NCBI GenBank assembly: GCA_002269645.1
Contig: NIVC01001133.1
Span: 1 to 64,000 of the forward strand
Reading direction: 5' to 3'
Source: Macrostomum lignano
Lineage: Eukaryota
Length of the DNA: 64,000 nucleotides
Position numbers and translations under genes: made by a program. Shown piece after piece: positions 62,701-64,000 of this stretch. The notes below the pieces were generated by a model, which did no database searches, was not told the DNA's origin, and saw nothing but the letters and a program-made list of their open reading frames with translations. Each line of letters starts with the position of its first letter. Position 1 is the first letter of the stretch.

Positions 62701-64000
62701 ATAGCTGACCCAATATCTGACTCAATATCTGACCCAATATCTGACTCAATAGCTGACCCAATATCTGACTCAATAGCTGACCCAATATCTGACTCAATAG
62801 CTGACCCAATATCTGACTCAATATCTGACCCAATATCTGACTCAATAGCTGACCCAATATCTGACTCAATAGCTGACCCAATATCTGGTCAATATCAACA
62901 ATTGACCCAGCAATCACCTCATCCCTGCTTTTCCTAGCCGCAGTTAACAAGGCTTCAGCCAGTCTGTAGCCTTTCTTCTCCAAAGCAGCAGATACTTGCT
63001 CAACATCGCTGTCAGACTGATGGACACTGCACCATTGGTTACACAGGTCCACAGCAGGTCTGATGTCAGTCAGGCTAGGCGCCAAAGCAATAACCAAATC
63101 TGCAGCATCTCTACAAGCGGCTTCATCGCTACTAGTATCCTTCATCTTGTAGCCAGCCTCTTTAACTTTAGCAGCGGCTTTAGCAAACCAGCTGGATAAA
63201 AGATTAGATGGTGAGATTTTAGCATAGACTCGAATAGTCTCCAGAGCTGCTAAACGATGCGATCTTGTAGCTGAACTGTCCGAGTGCAAGGCAAACAGTC
63301 TCGGCACGTAGTTCTTAGCGTAGCCAGACATCAGACTGTACAGAGCAGAATTGTCAGCGGCGGCAGCTGACAGGCGTCTCAAAGCAGCCAACAGATGCAA
63401 GCGAATATCCGATCTGGACATGAGCAGCTCGCCAAGCTGCCTGGCCAACCCGGGCAGAGCTTCGGCAGCATCGGTTGGACCGTAGCAGAACGCCGGCAGA
63501 GACTGCCAGACCTGCAGTTCCAGTAGCCGTGCAGTCGGAGATCCCGAAGCAGCAGCCTGTTGGCAGCGCTTAGCCAGCGGCAGGAGATGACGCGAGAAGG
63601 CCGCCAGCTGGGCGCCTTGCCGAATATGTCGGGGCAGCATCGGCAGCAGCCAAGATCGACGCCAGGTGTCGGACGGAGCGGCCGGATCCAAGCTGTCCAA
63701 CGACACGGCGGCAAGGAAATCAGTCGGACCCAGAGTCTCCAGCGCAGCCGCCAGTGCCGACTCCAAGCAGGTGCACAGATCGGCGTCTTTATCGTCAGCC
63801 GTGTCGCGCAGGTTAGCTAAACTGGTCAGACTGGCAGTCAGATCCGATTGGCCTCGACAATCGTCACCATGACAACGAATAAATGCGGACAATAGCCGAC
63901 CAATATGCGGCCAAGACGGATAATACTGATAGGATGATAGTCCGCTGGTTAGAGTGGCCAAGACGGCAGAACGAATGCTAGCAAGAGCGGCAGGACGTCG
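59794..64000 (-). CDS. RRP12: RRP12-like ribosome biogenesis HEAT-repeat protein, 3' part (5' end outside the window)
   Basis: Exons >=64000-62918, 62245-61587 and 60802-59794 with compatible phases. [38 protein letters not shown], and the C-terminal [10 protein letters not shown]...DPYSYLSL. Confidence 0.9.
61148..61455 (+). mobile_element. tRNA-derived CORE-type SINE (family 1)
   Basis: B-box GTTCGATTC near 61194. Body GTGTCCTAGAGCAAGACACTTAACTC...CAGCTGTAAAATGGG resembles the MIR CORE. (TTA)-rich tail. Confidence 0.8.
62330..62890. repeat. 12-bp minisatellite AATA(T/G)CTGAC(T/C)C in an RRP12 intron
   Basis: Direct reading; source of the ILGQ/ILSQ tail of ORF 62306..63961. Confidence 0.95.

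Overview
This is animal (invertebrate) genomic DNA with spliceosomal introns, SINEs and dense minisatellites. The style suggests a flatworm such as Macrostomum, but that is inference only. (1) Bases 1-11196 form a near-perfect inverted duplication with 4.5-kb arms and a 2.2-kb spacer. (2) Bases 414-26144 hold a cluster of small multi-exon, signal-peptide, single-pass membrane genes. Four copies (A twice, B, pseudogene C) plus a more distant gene E carry a C*C*CC*CC (Shisa-like) ectodomain; gene D lacks it. The exon models were rebuilt by hand from splice sites and phases. Mixed in are a tyrosine-recombinase retroelement fragment, a LINE 3' end, a foldback MITE, and a young, internally deleted BEL/Pao LTR element with a perfect tRNA-Lys3 PBS. 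(3) A decayed mariner and a 5-HT2-like GPCR whose 11-kb intron is filled with repeats follow. (4) Three co-oriented minus-strand housekeeping genes close the window: RRP12 (5' end outside the window), TBC1D19 and a class I PI3K catalytic subunit (8 exons, one apparent 1-nt frameshift). Most long ORFs in the track are translations of tandem repeats. I see no prokaryotic-type system. The best novelty candidates are the Shisa-like receptor cluster with its micro-exon, the palindrome and the minimal BEL element.
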